Of a DNA stretch of 53,300 nt, positions 1 through 13,310 are shown one piece after another. A program made the translations under genes and the position numbers. The notes below the pieces were generated by a model. That model did no database searches. It saw only the letters and a program-made list of their open reading frames with translations, and was not told the DNA's origin. Positions within the stretch are counted from its first letter, which is position 1; each line of letters begins with the position of its first letter. Source of the stretch: Octopus bimaculoides (taxonomy: Eukaryota); assembly GCF_001194135.2 (NCBI RefSeq), contig NC_068995.1, positions 37,790,196-37,843,495 of the forward strand, in the 5' to 3' direction.

Positions 1-632
1 ATATATATATATATATACACATACACGCACACACATACATTTTAAAACTTCCCTAGTTTCTGATTTGAATCCGTTCAAGAATTATGTAACCTTCATTTTA
101 TAAAAAATTATAAAAATACCCTGAAGAGATTTTATCCGATAACGTTTACAATGTAGCCAATTGGATTTGGCCCAGATGTTTCGAACATTACTTACGAGCT
201 AGAATTGAAAGGTATGTATGTTTTTTTATGAGTTCGTTTTGTACCTTTCAAAGAATTAAAAATCTTATTTGTATTTAAATTTAACTTCAAACTATGATGC
301 GAATAAATTAACTCTACATCACAAACTCTCCATTTTCTTACCTTATTAATAATAATATATTTCAAAGCATCGGAATAATCCGCAGCATACATAGGTGCAC
401 TCATATATACATGTTATAATATAAAATATATAAATACATAACTACATGAATGTACTTGCGATGTTGTATGTCTGTATTAAAGTCATGAGGATATTAAAAT
501 ATGAACATGGTGAATGTATAGCGGTAATCGAAATAGATGAGAATTTTGGTATAAAATCATTATCAGAAGAATCTTCAGCAGATACAAATTCTAACCACCG
601 TTTCGAGAAAATATAGGTCGGTATGGTCGAGT

Positions 633-1442
633 TAATTCCAAAGTGATTAGGCTCAACCAATAAGTATTATTGCATGACCAACCTCAGAGATCACTGCGCG
701 CCATTACATACATACACACACACACACACACNNNNNNNNNNATATATATATAAACCATTATGCCTACATTTTAATCTATTATTGGCTGCAATTATAGATC
801 CTAGATTGATCGTAGTTGAGTACGATAATTTAAAGCAGGATCCATTACGTATGGGATGATATCTATGAGCTACATACGTGCAAAACAAGGTAGAAGAAAA
901 AGTACGCGAATACCAAGGATAGAGTAATATGCTTTATTATAAAAGCTGCAAAATATTCACAGAACTGTTACTCAGAGTTCCACGTTCTCGTTCATTGGAC
1001 AGCTTTCAAGAGTACTTTTGATGTATATAGTATTCACCAAAACTTCGTAACATAAATTATCCTTGGATGGAATTTATAAACATTTTAATGCATCGTTACG
1101 CGGGCTTCTTAAGATCATAGTACGTATTCCTGAGATGATTACTGTGTGGTGCATAATATCCGCGGCCATAGGGTAAATCATCTTCATGGATTCATTTGTT
1201 CGTGGAATATAACGTTAATTTCTATATTTGTCTGTACAGCTCAATGCAACCCCAGCAAACTGGTTCACCAATCAGCATTATTACTCTCTGACTGGTATAA
1301 TGGAATAGGAGCTTCATTTGCACATTCAAAACATTTCCGGTAAGCACATATATATATATATATATANNNNNNNNNNNNNNNNNNNNNNNNNNNNNNNNNN
1401 NNNNNNNNNNNNNNNNNNNNNNNNNNNNNNNNNNNNNNNNNN

Positions 1443-1483
<41 letters not shown>

Positions 1484-1562
1484 CATATCATTGGCGCGCA
1501 GTGATATCTGAGGTTGGTCATGCAATAATACTTATTGGCTGAGCCGAATTACTTTGGAATTA
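633..1562. mobile_element. Element bounded by ~80 bp inverted repeats (633-714 / 1487-1562), probably a decayed DNA transposon or foldback element
   Basis: taattccaaagtgattaggctcaaccaataagtattattgcatgaccaacctcagagatcactgcgcgcca recurs as a reverse complement with few mismatches. Both outer ends have TA (633-634, 1561-1562). The interior has a faint ITVWCIISAAIG string at about 1138-1175 resembling Tc1/mariner VTVWC motifs. Confidence 0.55.
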
Positions 1563-3021
1563 TCTAAGAGAACACATGTGCATGTTTCAATGTAGCTGTG
1601 TGCGAGCGTCATTGTCTGTCAATGTTCTGAGTCCGGTAAGTATCAGAACAGGCTGCTTGAGTGATAGACCGGAAAAGATAGAAGTTATATCGAGATAGCT
1701 TGCCAATTTTTCGTCATATTTACTGATTAAATATGAATTCTTTATAATTTCCACGATTATTAGATTTTTCAGATTCAAAATGACCTCGAAATGATAATTC
1801 CTGACGACCTAAAAAAATAACTACATCAATCAATCGTTGCAGAATGGATCTGCTTCGTCTAACGTATGCTCCGTTTTTTTTTACACGCATCTAACTGTAA
1901 GTCTATGCAAACATTCCCGAATGTCTCAAGATGTATGCTTTTGAGAACGTTCATGTTTTAACATAGCCATATATAAAACATCATAATCTTTATAATTCCA
2001 AAGAGTTTTTTTTTTAACAAAGCAACACGTATGGCCATCAGAATAACATATTAAGCGTGCCACAACCAGTTAACCTTTTCTTTTCATACAAATGAACTTG
2101 AAATGAAGTTCTTGCTGTAGCTTCGCGAATCATGTAGTTTCAGTGTTGATCAACCAACATTTATAATTAATTGTTTCCTTTCAAATTCTATTTTTGAGAA
2201 GCTATTTTTCAACATTTCTTCCATAACATGCATTTCAGGCATTTGGACAAATATTTCAAAAATCCTAAAGATAGTATGAAAGTAATAGAGCACGTGTGTG
2301 TGTGAGTGTGCGTGTGAATAGGAAATCGTTTTCAACAAAGCGCAAAGATAATTTTAGTAAAGCGACGAAAGCTATATTATATTTTTGATTTCAGAATTTT
2401 TGAAAATTTGTTCAATACAGTGGTTGGTTAATGATAATAATTACGAAACTTACGACAGAGCAAAATAGAAATTCGAAAGACACAGTAACATTTGAGCTGA
2501 TTAATTAAGGATTATGGGCTTGTTGATATGTTTTGGTCAGAATATTTACGACGTAAAAACCCATTCAACCATTTAGCCTGTCGCATTATCGACATCAATT
2601 ACAACGTATTGCTGTCAAATAACTGATAGAAAGGGAAGGGAGAAGCCAAAACTGTAACATTAATTTTTCTCAAAGCATACCTTCCGTAGTTATTTTATCG
2701 AATTAAAGAATCATACAGGCGTTGATTTTGCAGATAGGCAGGATAGAAATGATAGTTATTGAAAGATAGGAACGGGAGGACAATATATTTCATACGCGTT
2801 TCTTTAAGCATGCCTAGAGGAAGCAGAATAGAGCATGTACATACAACAAAGCAACAAATCTGGACGGGTTTCCTTTGAAGTAACTATTTTAGCTCAGTTT
2901 CCAATGATTTGGACAACTTTCCCATGTGGTTATAAATACATTACCTTCTTACATTAATTTTTGAGTCATGCAAAAGATAAACGGACATGTAGTGCATGAC
3001 TTGCATGACCCGGCTGCACAG

Positions 3022-3077
3022 TCCACACTGACGAGGCTCAGAGTTAAATACCCAAAAGCCGAAACCTGGTCTGTGGA
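3022..3077 (+). ncRNA. Minimal type-I hammerhead ribozyme with intact catalytic core
   Basis: Stem I tccaca(3022-27)/tgtgga(3072-77); core CTGACGA 3028-34; stem II ggct(3035-38)/agcc(3057-60); GAAA 3061-64; stem III ACC-t-GGT; cleavage triplet GTC ending at 3071. Confidence 0.85.
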
Positions 3078-3394
3078 TATCCTCAATTGCATAATAGTTT
3101 TATTTGTGCTGTTAAATGTTATAATTCTTTCTGTTTTCCTCGCATACTGTTTTTCTCTGTGATATTGGTGCGCTAAGGTGGATTAATTTAAGACTTAGCT
3201 CTTATTTCTAGCAGGTAGATAGTTATTAAGCATCATTACGCTTCGTGCAAATTTATAATTCATAGTTGTTTAAAGCTATTATAACTGCGTTCCACCCATG
3301 CCACTACTGGTGATATCATCAAATTTAGAATTTATCCACAGATGATATGAACAGTAGTGACATCTAACTTCAAATCTCAGTGTTTGAATGTTTC

Positions 3395-3432
<38 letters not shown>

Positions 3433-3520
3433 GAGAATATACAAATAATAACAACAGACGAGGACAGGTGGTGTAAATAACAAAAGTATATATTAGTATG
3501 ACGCTCGGGAATACGGAAAG

Positions 3521-3557
3521 TCTTTGACGTTTCGAGCTACGCTCTTCAACAGAAAGA
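3521..3557 (-). ncRNA. Minimal hammerhead ribozyme motif with one core substitution (A6U), inside a Penelope-like terminal repeat (~3431-3625)
   Basis: Minus strand reads tcttt CTGTTGA a gag-cgtag-ctc GAAA CG TC aaaga. It has a 5-bp stem I, a 3-bp stem II, a palindromic ACGT stem III and a GTC site. Confidence 0.7.
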
Positions 3558-4531
3558 ATACGGAGACAAGGAGAAAAACACGGAGAAAAAAATTGAATAG
3601 TGTTCAGTCAACGGTCAATCATAATNNNNNNNNNNNNNNNNNNNNNNNNNNNNNNNNNNNNNNNNNNNNNNNNNNNNNNNNNNNNNNNNNNNNNNNNNNN
3701 NNNNNNNNNNNNNNNNNNNNNNNNNNNNNNNNNNNNNNNNNNNNNNNNNNNNNNNNNNNNNNNNNNNNNNNNNNNNNNNNNNNNNNNNNNNNNNNNNNNN
3801 NNNNNNNNNNNNNNNNNNNNNNNNNNNNNNNNNNNNNNNNNNNNNNNNNNNNNNNNNNNNNNNNNNNNNNNNNNNNNNNNNNNNNNNNNNNNNNNNNNNN
3901 NNNNNNNNNNNNNNNNNNNNNNNNNNNNNNNNNNNNNNNNNNNNNNNNNNNNNNNNNNNNNNNNNNNNNNNNNNNNNNNNNNNNNNNNNNNNNNNNNNNN
4001 NNNNNNNNNNNNNNNNNNNNNNNNNNNNNNNNNNNNNNNNNNNNNNNNNNNNNNNNNNNNNNNNNNNNNNNNNNNNNNNNNNNNNNNNNNNNNNNNNNNN
4101 NNNNNNNNNNNNNNNNNNNNNNNNNNNNNNNNNNNNNNNNNNNNNNNNNNNNNNNNNNNNNNNNNNNNNNNNNNNNNNNNNNNNNNNNNNNNNNNNNNNN
4201 NNNNNNNNNNNNNNNNNNNNNNNNNNNNNNNNNNNNNNNNNNNNNNNNNNNNNNNNNNNNNNNNNNNNNNNNNNNNNNNNNNNNNNNNNNNNNNNNNNNN
4301 NNNNNNNNNNNNNNNNNNNNNNNNNNNNNNNNNNNNNNNNNNNNNNNNNNNNNNNNNNNNNNNNNNNNNNNNNNNNNNNNNNNNNNNNNNNNNNNNNNNN
4401 NNNNNNNNNNNNNNNNNNNNNNNNNNNNNNNNNNNNNNNNNNNNNNNNNNNNNNNNNNNNNNNNNNNNNNNNNNNNNNNNNNNNNNNNNNNNNNNNNNNN
4501 NNNNNNNNNNNNNNNATATATATATATATAG

Positions 4532-5075
4532 CATATGGTCCAGTTATAAACAGAGCAAATTTTAGCAATTTCTTGGAGGACTGAAAAAAAATGATGAATA
4601 GCCTCGATCGATTTTCGAATTTTATTGGGTTCTCTTCGGAGAGGTCTCCATCATTCTGACAGTCTTCGCATAATCTAATAGCCAAAATGTTTATATACTT
4701 AGCAAATGCAGCACTTAGTCCGTGAAGGAAACTCTAATTTGCATACCGAAAATGTTTAATACTCTATAAATACCAGCAGCCTGTGAACGGGGATTTTAGT
4801 CCACACAGGATCAAGGTATGATATAATATATATGTAACATATGGTATAATTATAACTAGGGCAAATTTTAGCCATTTCTCCACAAAAATAAAAAAAACAT
4901 AATGAACGACCTTAATCGATTTTCGAACCGTATTGGATTCTCATCAGAGGCGCATACATCATTCTGACAGTTTGGAGATAAAGAACCAGTCAAACTCTTT
5001 ATATACTCAACAAATGGAGCATTTATTCTATGAAGGAGTCCCTGATTTGCATACCGAAAGTGTTTAATAGTCTGC
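4532..5075 (+). repeat. Diverged tandem duplication with a ~306 bp period
   Basis: Shared anchors catatggt (4532/4838), gcaaattttagc, atcgattttcgaa, catcattctgacagt and atttgcataccgaaa. Confidence 0.8.
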
Positions 5076-5391
5076 CTTTGTGCCTCTGTTTGTTCCCCAC
5101 CTCCGCTTGATAAGCGGTATTGGTGTGTTTACATACACGTACCTTAACGATTCAGTAAAACAAGGTCAAAGAAAAAAGTACCAGGCATAAGGAATCAATA
5201 GCCGGTGTCGATTTGTTCGATTAAAATTCTGATATCCTTGTTACTTACTAGCTTTATATNNNNNNNNNNNNNNNNNNNNNNNNNNNNNNNNNNNNNNNNN
5301 NNNNNNNNNNNNNNNNNNNNNNNNNNNNNNNNNNNNNNNNNNNNNNNNNNNNNNNNNNNNNNNNNNNNNNNNNNNNNNNNNNNNNNNNNNN

Positions 5392-5584
5392 ATATAGGAT
5401 AAAATCTTTATAAGAATTTATCATGTAGTTAGCGTGAAAAAGACCTCATAAGGGAAAAAAATATTAATTATTCCCTATAAATATATTTTAAAATTAATAT
5501 ATTTATAATTAATAAATTTTTCCCTTATCGGGTTTTCTTCACGCTAACTACTTGATCAATTCTTATAAAAATTTTATCCTATAT
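5392..5584. mobile_element. Foldback/MITE-like palindrome with ~80 bp arms
   Basis: atataggataaaatctttataagaatttatcatgtagttagcgtgaa... pairs with ...ttcacgctaactacttgatcaattcttataaaaattttatcctatat around an AT-rich spacer. Confidence 0.8.
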
Positions 5585-6079
5585 TTAAATTGTAAATTTA
5601 ACCAGAATATATTCAGTGCTGAATTTTATTCTGAACAAACACGTGTACCGATATGCAAATTGAAAAGCCCGACTCTTACATAAATATAGAGGTATAAACA
5701 ATTTCTATGTACTATGCTGGATAAATGGGGTGTCTGGTATGTTGATTTTTATTTATTTTTATATGTCTTGACTATGCGTGTACTGAAGAGTAAGGAGTGC
5801 ATCTTGCGCCCTGATTAAAACAAACCCTAAACCTTCTATAGATATGCAAAAGTATCTGCTTCAATACGGTACAAAATAGGGCCACTACTTGAAGAAAAAG
5901 GCTCACCGACTGCAGACCCCCAGAAAATCAGTAACATACTGAATATGTAATACACGAGTGCTTTCACCACTTCCCTGGAACACTTGAAATTAGCTATGCT
6001 TGATGAGTTCTTTGGCTCCACAGATCTACACAGCAAAATGGCAATTATTGAGAGCATTAACAGAGGAAACTGATGTGAT

Positions 6080-7370
6080 ATCAATAAGGGAAGTAGCAGA
6101 GAAGACGCTCCGAATTATAGACTTCTCTCTCTAACTTCCCATGTCAGCAAAGTAATGAAGCGCATTGTCAGGAAGAAACTAACTGCGTTCTTGCAAAATA
6201 ATGATGTGCTTACTGACACCCAGCATGACTTTTGCCGAGGCAGAAGCTGCCTTACACAGGTTTTGCAACACTATGACTGGATGTTGAAACAATTAATTCA
6301 TCACTCAGTTGCAGATGCGATAATCTCGGCTTTGCAAAGGCTTTTGATAAGGTTGATCATGGGATGACATGTCACAACCTACAGAGACTCGGTATAACTA
6401 GGAAAATCGGAGAGTGGTTGCATAACTTGTTGAGAGACTGAAGGCAGGCTGTAGCGGCCAACGAAGCCCTCTCCACGGAGACATTAATAGAAAGTGGAGT
6501 GCCTCTGGGAACTGTATTGGGGCCACTGCTGTTCATGGTGGCACTTTCAGACATGCCATCACTTACACAGACAGCCTCACTTAGTAGCTATGCCGATGAC
6601 ACAAATTTAGTACAAGCAGTCAAGGAACATTCTGATGCCAATCCCCTACACAAAGACCTAGATGCTACATATAAATAGGCTGAGGACAACAACATGCAAT
6701 TTATGTAGGCAAATTCCAAGCATTCCGCTACCAGCTAATTGGTGCTAAAAAGTCACAACAACAATAATTTGGACCAAAAGAGTGGCAATCCTAAAATCAC
6801 ATTGGGCGGGTGATCTTGGGATTGATATGAGCAACAATGCCTCGTTTCCCATGCATGTCACCAAGATGGTGGCAGTGTGCAGGAAAATGGTCGAATGGAT
6901 TCTGAGAACCTTCAAAACAAGAGACCAGGAAAATATGCTGTTCCTATGGAAGGAATTTGTTCTCAGCCGTCTGGACTACTGCTCTCAACTGTGGTCACCT
7001 AACACTGTAATAGCAGAACTTGTGGCGGTTCAGCGATGCTACACAAGGAAGATTGCATTAATGGAATAGCTGAGCTACTGGAAGAGTCTAAATGAAACAC
7101 GATTCTACTCTCTGGAGCGAAGACGGTGAGCTATGCAGTGATATATGTGTGGGAGATATTGGCGGAGCTGGCACCAAACTTTGGAATTGAGAGTTATACC
7201 AGACCTCAAAATGGACGTCACAGCACTGTTCAAAAACACCCAACTGTCTCATCTAAGGCTAAGACCATGTACTGCAGTAGCTTGGGATTCGAGGGCCATA
7301 GCTATGTAATTCCTTACCAAAACATCCATGGAATGAGACTAGATGTTTTCAAGAAACAGCTTGACTGAAG
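6080..7370 (+). mobile_element. Decayed CR1/L2-group LINE, ORF2 reverse transcriptase and C-terminus
   Basis: Across frameshifts and stops: NYRLLSLTSHVSKVMKRIV, QHDFCRGRSCLTQ, FAKAFDKVDH, SGVPLGTVLGPLLF, YADD (6589-6600), DLGI, SRLDYCSQLWSP, YSLERRR. Confidence 0.9.
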
Positions 7371-7489
7371 CAGTTTGCCACGCGTTGACATTAAACTCTG
7401 CTGTGAATGAACATCAAGGTTTATCGTTCTAGCTCGCTTCCGCTATTTACAACACTGCTTGGAAGGAAAGTGTGTAGCGTGTGATTGTC

Positions 7490-7760
7490 GCACTGACCAT
7501 GACAGAGAAAGTTCTCATGGCGATACCTCCTCATAGGCTACGCAAAGTTGCAGAAGTCGTATGGAGAGAAGTTTATGAGCCGAACATAAGTGTATGAGTG
7601 GTTCAGACGTTTCGAAGATGGCCGAAAAATGTCGATATTAACAAGCGTTCTAGGAGACCCGCAACCGTCAGACCTTAGAAAAGTATCACTGATGTACGTG
7701 GAGCTGTGAGGGGAGATCATCGAAGCACCATCCGTGAGTTGTCAAAGGATGTGCACGGGA
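7490..7760 (+). mobile_element. mariner transposase N-terminal (HTH) fragment
   Basis: Translates to KLQKSYGEKFMSRT*VYEWFRRFEDGR...KRSRRPAT. Confidence 0.75.
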
Positions 7761-7809
<49 letters not shown>

Positions 7810-7847
7810 CAGATGATGTGCGTATATATATATGACATATATACCTT

Positions 7848-8108
7848 TATTCTTTTATTCTTTAATTAGTTTCAGCCATTTGACTGCGGTTAAGCTGGAG
7901 CACTGCCTTTAGTCAAGCAAATCGACTTCAGGACTTACTCTTTAGATGTGGTGTGTTTACATCCCCGTAACTTAGTAGTTTGACAAAAGTGGCCGATAGA
8001 ATAAGTACTACGCTTACAAAAAGTAAGTCCTGGGTTCGATTTGCTCGATTAAAGGCGGTGCTCCAGTATGGTCGCAGTTAAATGAGTGGAACAAATAAAA
8101 TAATAAAA
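7848..8108. mobile_element. MITE with ~90 bp terminal inverted repeats; partial relatives at ~5085-5235, ~20210-20375 and ~33655-33870
   Basis: The left arm ...tttcagccatttgactgcggttaagctggagcactgcctttagtcaagcaaatcgacttcaggacttac is the reverse complement of the right arm gtaagtcctgggttcgatttgctcgattaaaggcggtgctccag... Confidence 0.75.
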
Positions 8109-10361
8109 GAACACACACACATATGTTTATTAATCGGCAGAAATTACAGCGACTCATTAAAGATACATTCATGTAGTGGTAGTTCAGTAAATATTGTTGG
8201 ATGTCACTGTACAACCTGTATTAAATGCTAGAATTGCTGTATTTTTTTACTTGCATACTTAAAATAATTAATATATATATATATATACCTGAACTATACA
8301 TGTAACCTGAAGACCGTGGGTGAGTATCTGTCTGTGGCTGCATTTAAATTATATTTTGGCGCAGGCTTGGCTACAGTGAAAAAATTCATTTTCCTGATGC
8401 GCGGCACCTTGGACAGAATTCTTCTATATGTGTTTTCTTAGTGTGTGAGTTTATATTTTTGTATCTATGGTTTCCAACTCGCTACCGTTTGACAGGTATA
8501 AAGGCTCTCCGTAAAATATTTGTGGTCCAATGGCTGATACAAGTAAAGGAGTGGATAGACAGGCAACAGGTAAGCATACCGAAACGCACACACACATACC
8601 CCCCACGCGCGCGCGCATACACACACATACATACATATATATAATGCTGTTCTTTGTATTTTTTTTAAACACAGTATTTCCAAACGGAATTTGTTAATTG
8701 ACACCTTTCTATTTTTAATGCAAAGAATATATTTAGTAAGTAAATTTCTAGTTATTTGTATACTTTCATTTTTGTTAGCTCTCCTTTCTCTAGTCTTCAG
8801 TTTCTTGCCAACTAATTGATTATATTTGACTCCTTAGCTCCGGCTATTCCTTTCTGTTTCTAGGACCCTACCTGATTTTCTCACGCCCTATTCAAATAAA
8901 TTTCTTGCCTTTCCTTCAAGGTAATATCTGTAACTAAATGTTTCTTCTATACTTGCTGTGAATTCCATTAACAGTATCATATTCCTCATTCATTTCATAG
9001 ACTCCAACAGCGTAAAATATGTGAACATTTGTATCGAATTATTTTATGAGCTGTTTATATTGTATAAATATATATTTGCCTTAATGCTCTGCAAACGACT
9101 AATGGTATATTTGAATGAAGCATTCTTCATCTGACAAGTTAATGAGCTGTCAAAGAAATGTTTATCTACTTCTCTACGTCTTTTTGTAATGTCCTTGTCG
9201 ATATCGGTATTCATTAAACATTATGTTCTTATTATTTTGCTCTTATATAATAAGTTTATCGCTGAAAATATTGCGAACTGCTGAAATATTATGCAGTTGA
9301 CTTCAATCTGGACAACTGCGTTATGATTCAGATTTTGGTTAAATTATGAAAAAATCACGTTTTTGTTATGTATTTATAAACGAGCTAAATTGAGTTTTGA
9401 AGAAGAATAACAAAGAAACTGCTATTTTAATATGTGAGAAGCAAACCGAAAAACAGCACAGAACACATCGAAATTAGAAATATTAAGAGTGACCTGAAAG
9501 TAATCATATTCGATGAAATGAGAGAAGAGATATTTAATTAATTAAAATCATACTCTAATGACAAGAAAAAAGTCATTGTTTAAAAGGTCACGTATGGAAC
9601 AGAATTGAAGTGCACAAAATTCGAATTTTAAGTTAATTAAGATTAATAATCTATAAAATACTGAGTGGATTAAGTTTAATTTTTAGAAGTCACTTGATAG
9701 CTATAGGCATTTTGTACGCTTATTTCATTTCATCGAATAACATAATCTTAGTCTTTAGCACAACTTAGGATATGTATGCATATGTATGCGAGTGTAGGTA
9801 GAGACATACATATATATTTATGTATGCACATATTTATGTATGCACATATACATGCAGATATGTATGCATGCAAGAATATGGAGAATTGTTCATCCTCAAA
9901 ATTTATTTTACAACTTCATACAGGACATTTTTATGGTTATTAGGACCTACACGTGTTTCTACTGCACGGAGTATGTGCAGATGCACATACAAGCAAGCAC
10001 AATTGTATATGCCGCTTCTTTCAAGGTATGTCCACCTGCTCACCAGCTAGTCTCGCTTCCATAATGTTTCCAGAGAAGCGAACACGGAATTACCCATCGG
10101 AGGAATTAACAGCTTCAGTGACAACTCATAGTAGTCATAGACATTAAATACTAATCAATGCAGTTAACCAGAACCTTAAACACAACACAGAGCGGCCACG
10201 ATATCTGCCCAGCTAATGTATCCCTCCAAACTCACAATATATAAATATATAACTGATAGTTTATTAACACAAAAAGAGATACATATGTACAGTTAATTTT
10301 ATCCTCCAAGTGCAACAACTCTTATCTCTTTTATCATATCTCCTGAAATTCGTTGTAGGGA

Positions 10362-10466
10362 TTCTTCTTCTTCTTCTTCTTCTTCTTCTTCTTCTTCTTC
10401 TTCTTCTTCTTCTTCTTCTTCTTCTTCTTCTTCTTCTTCTTCTTCTTCTTCTTCTTCTTCTTCTTC
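10362..10466. repeat. (TTC)n microsatellite of about 35 units
   Basis: Read directly; it explains the poly-Glu ORF 10299-10481. Confidence 0.98.
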
Positions 10467-11276
10467 AGAAGGACCGGACATAGAATCATGGCTAATATTT
10501 CAGTCATTGCATATATAATGACCTGAGCACAATATCACTTTGTTATTTTCTAGTCTGTTATTTTACAATCTTTTGAAGATTTTCAAAATCATTTCCATCC
10601 TTTTTCATTCATTTTCCTAAATTAATTCTTTATTTCCTTCTTTCCTTTTCCATGATTTTTTTTTGCGTCTATAACGCGCCTTCCCTTGAGTAAGACTAGG
10701 TTTACTTAAGAGGATATATTTACACAAAAATATAGAAGATGAATATACAGTTGTGTTTGATTTGGATTACAGATAAAAGAATATGGTTCATAACTTTTTC
10801 GTAATTCCATTTCATCCAGCTACCAACTTGCATAGTAATTCCTATTTATCTAACATTGATAATATTTCCTAAGCTGTTTCTCAATATATACTATAGAGAA
10901 TTATCATCATGTGCATTGATTAAGTAAGTAAAATATACAAAATAGGATCTGAATTATATACGTAAGCACGTCTTTATAAGAACATGCGCGCACACGTAAT
11001 AAACATACGCACACACACATACACGCAATCGTCCAAAGGCACGAACACACACACGCGTATATATTGGTCATACAAACATATTTTGCATGTATGTATCTAG
11101 ATGATCATTTGTTTAAGAATGTGGAGGAATTGTATATTTCCTGAAAGCTCCCATGTTTATAATTCCAAATTTATTGTACCGGTATATTATTCATACACTT
11201 ATAAGAAATATGTGTTTTGCTTAAATGAGCCGACAAAAAATGTTCATGAATTCAGCTTGAATAAAATTTATGTTTA

Positions 11277-12196
11277 CGAGGTGGTATTAAAAGCGTCCCG
11301 GACAACTTACGCTTAACAAAAAATAAGTCATTTACCTAAGTGTTGACATAATCTTCGAAATAGTCACCTTGCGAAGTAATACACCGGTCCCAGCGTTCCT
11401 ATCACTTTTGCAATCCGGCGTGGAAGTCGTTTTGCGTAAGCGAGTGCAGCACCTTCTGCGATTCGCTCTTGATTTCGACAACGAGGTTAAAACGGCGACT
11501 TTTGAGTTGCATTTTCATTTGAGGAAAGATGGATGTCTGCAGGTGCTATATCTGGCAAATAGGACTGATAGAGAAGCGTTGCCATGTTGTTCTTTGGCGG
11601 GAAACTCACGAGTGTGGAGAGCTCGGTAACAGGGTGCATTGTCCTCGTGAAGTTTCTAATTCTTAGCGCTCCACAGATCCGGTCGCTTTCACCGAATGTC
11701 CTCCCTCAAACTCTCTAAACATCGCAATAGAACCCTCGATTAACGGTCTGACTCGGGATGGGGGTGAATTCTCGATGCACAATGCTACATTTCTGTAGGT
11801 GACGCTCGTAGCAAGTTTTCCAGATCGCTCATCGCCTTCCAGGGATAGTCTGCTTTTGAAGTGCCCATGCCAAAGGAGACATTGCGTACGACCCATTGCT
11901 TTGTCGCCGTAAGCATGCCGAAGCATACTGAATGTCTCTGTAGCAGACTTCCTAAGTTTAACACAAAAATTCACGTTGCCTCTTTGTTTTCGTCCATAAC
12001 AAAGTCGTACACTACAGCATGCATGTGATAACCCCCCCCCCCCACAAATTCCGCAACTTTCGAAGTGAACACTACAATGTAACTCGCCAGGCTGCCTCAT
12101 TAACGTTACTGCCAGCTTTCACTGTGCACGCAACCGTGTGCTGCTATTACCTGGTACTCTACAGAACTAGTGCAGGAACTTTTTGATTCCACCTCG
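11277..12196 (-). mobile_element. Internally deleted mariner element with TIRs and TA target-site duplication
   Basis: TIRs cgaggtggtattaaaagcgtcccggac and the reverse complement of gtgcaggaactttttgattccacctcg, flanked by TA (11275-76, 12197-98). The N-terminus reads NVNFCVKLRKSATETFSMLRHAYG. The C-terminus has a YLPDIAPAD-like motif and ERWDRCITSQGDYFE. The catalytic centre is mostly missing. Confidence 0.88.
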
Positions 12197-12418
12197 TATG
12201 TGGATCTTCCCTTTTGTCTTCTCTAGTTTTATACATGCATATTTGTGTGTGTGTGTGTGTGTGTGTGTGTNNNNNNNNNNNNNNNNNNNNNNNNNNNNNN
12301 NNNNNNNNNNNNNNNNNNNNNNNNNNNNNNNNNNNNNNNNNNNNNNNNNNNNNNNNNNNNNNNNNNNNNNNNNNNNNNNNNNNNNNNNNNNNNNNNNNNN
12401 NNNNNNNNNNNNNNNNNN

Positions 12419-12473
<55 letters not shown>

Positions 12474-12779
12474 AGAAGGCTCTTTGTTTTGCTTTTGTAA
12501 AGATTAAATAAAGGCAAGATCGTTTTTGTCTGTAACGTAATGAAATTGCATTTGCTTTGTGTGAGAATTCGAAACATATTGTAAAGAATTACTTTTTGAT
12601 ATAAATATAGATAAAAAGTGGAAACAAATTCTTGTGGAATATCTCATTTAATAAATAGAGTCATCGTCGCAAGCACTCCTACAAAAATGAGCTCAGTTCG
12701 AGTTTTTAATCACTATAAATAGCTACCAGTTACTATTATATTATTGGAGAGAACATTATTATCACTTAAGGGCTCCCCA

Positions 12780-13310
12780 TGGTCCATCGCTTCGCTCTAC
12801 CCAAACAACTGTGAGAAATGCTGATGAAAGGCCTTCTGCATCTCCTGTCTTTCGATCAAGTGCCCCTGTTCGTCACTTAAAGACAGTGCAGAGGTTTCTA
12901 TGCCCCTCCGCCTCTCCACACGACGGGCCCATCCAGCAACGCTAATACCGTCTCTGTCTTGACTCTACAGCCTTTGTGTTTGGCTTGTGGGTGACGGAAT
13001 AATACCGTTCTCGCCGCCAATACTCTGGATGCAGAGCCTGATGCTATGGCCTTAGTTAACTGCACTTCTATTCTAGACTCCTCCAAACTTAGCTCTTTGC
13101 TAAATCTAAGAGACTCTAAACGAATGGCTCGTTTGATGACGCACCACCATCTGTTCACGATGCCCTCTGAACTAATTCCCTAACCCGAGTACGGAAGACT
13201 TTACTAGTCAAAATAGACTTTTTCATCTTCCAGTACCCGGGCCCCTGTCTATGCTACTTAGCTAACTGTATCTCGCACGTCACAAATTTACGATCCGTCA
13301 AATTTGTGTG
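12780..13310 (-). mobile_element. Tx1/L1-clade LINE fragment (endonuclease-RT linker)
   Basis: Minus strand reads GPGYWKMKKSIL...NRWWCVIKRAIRLESLRFSKEL, matching the GxGYWKxNxSxL motif of L1/Tx1 ORF2. Confidence 0.6.

Noticed and set aside
10299-10481. Poly-Glu ORF
   Set aside because: It is the reverse strand of a (TTC)n microsatellite.
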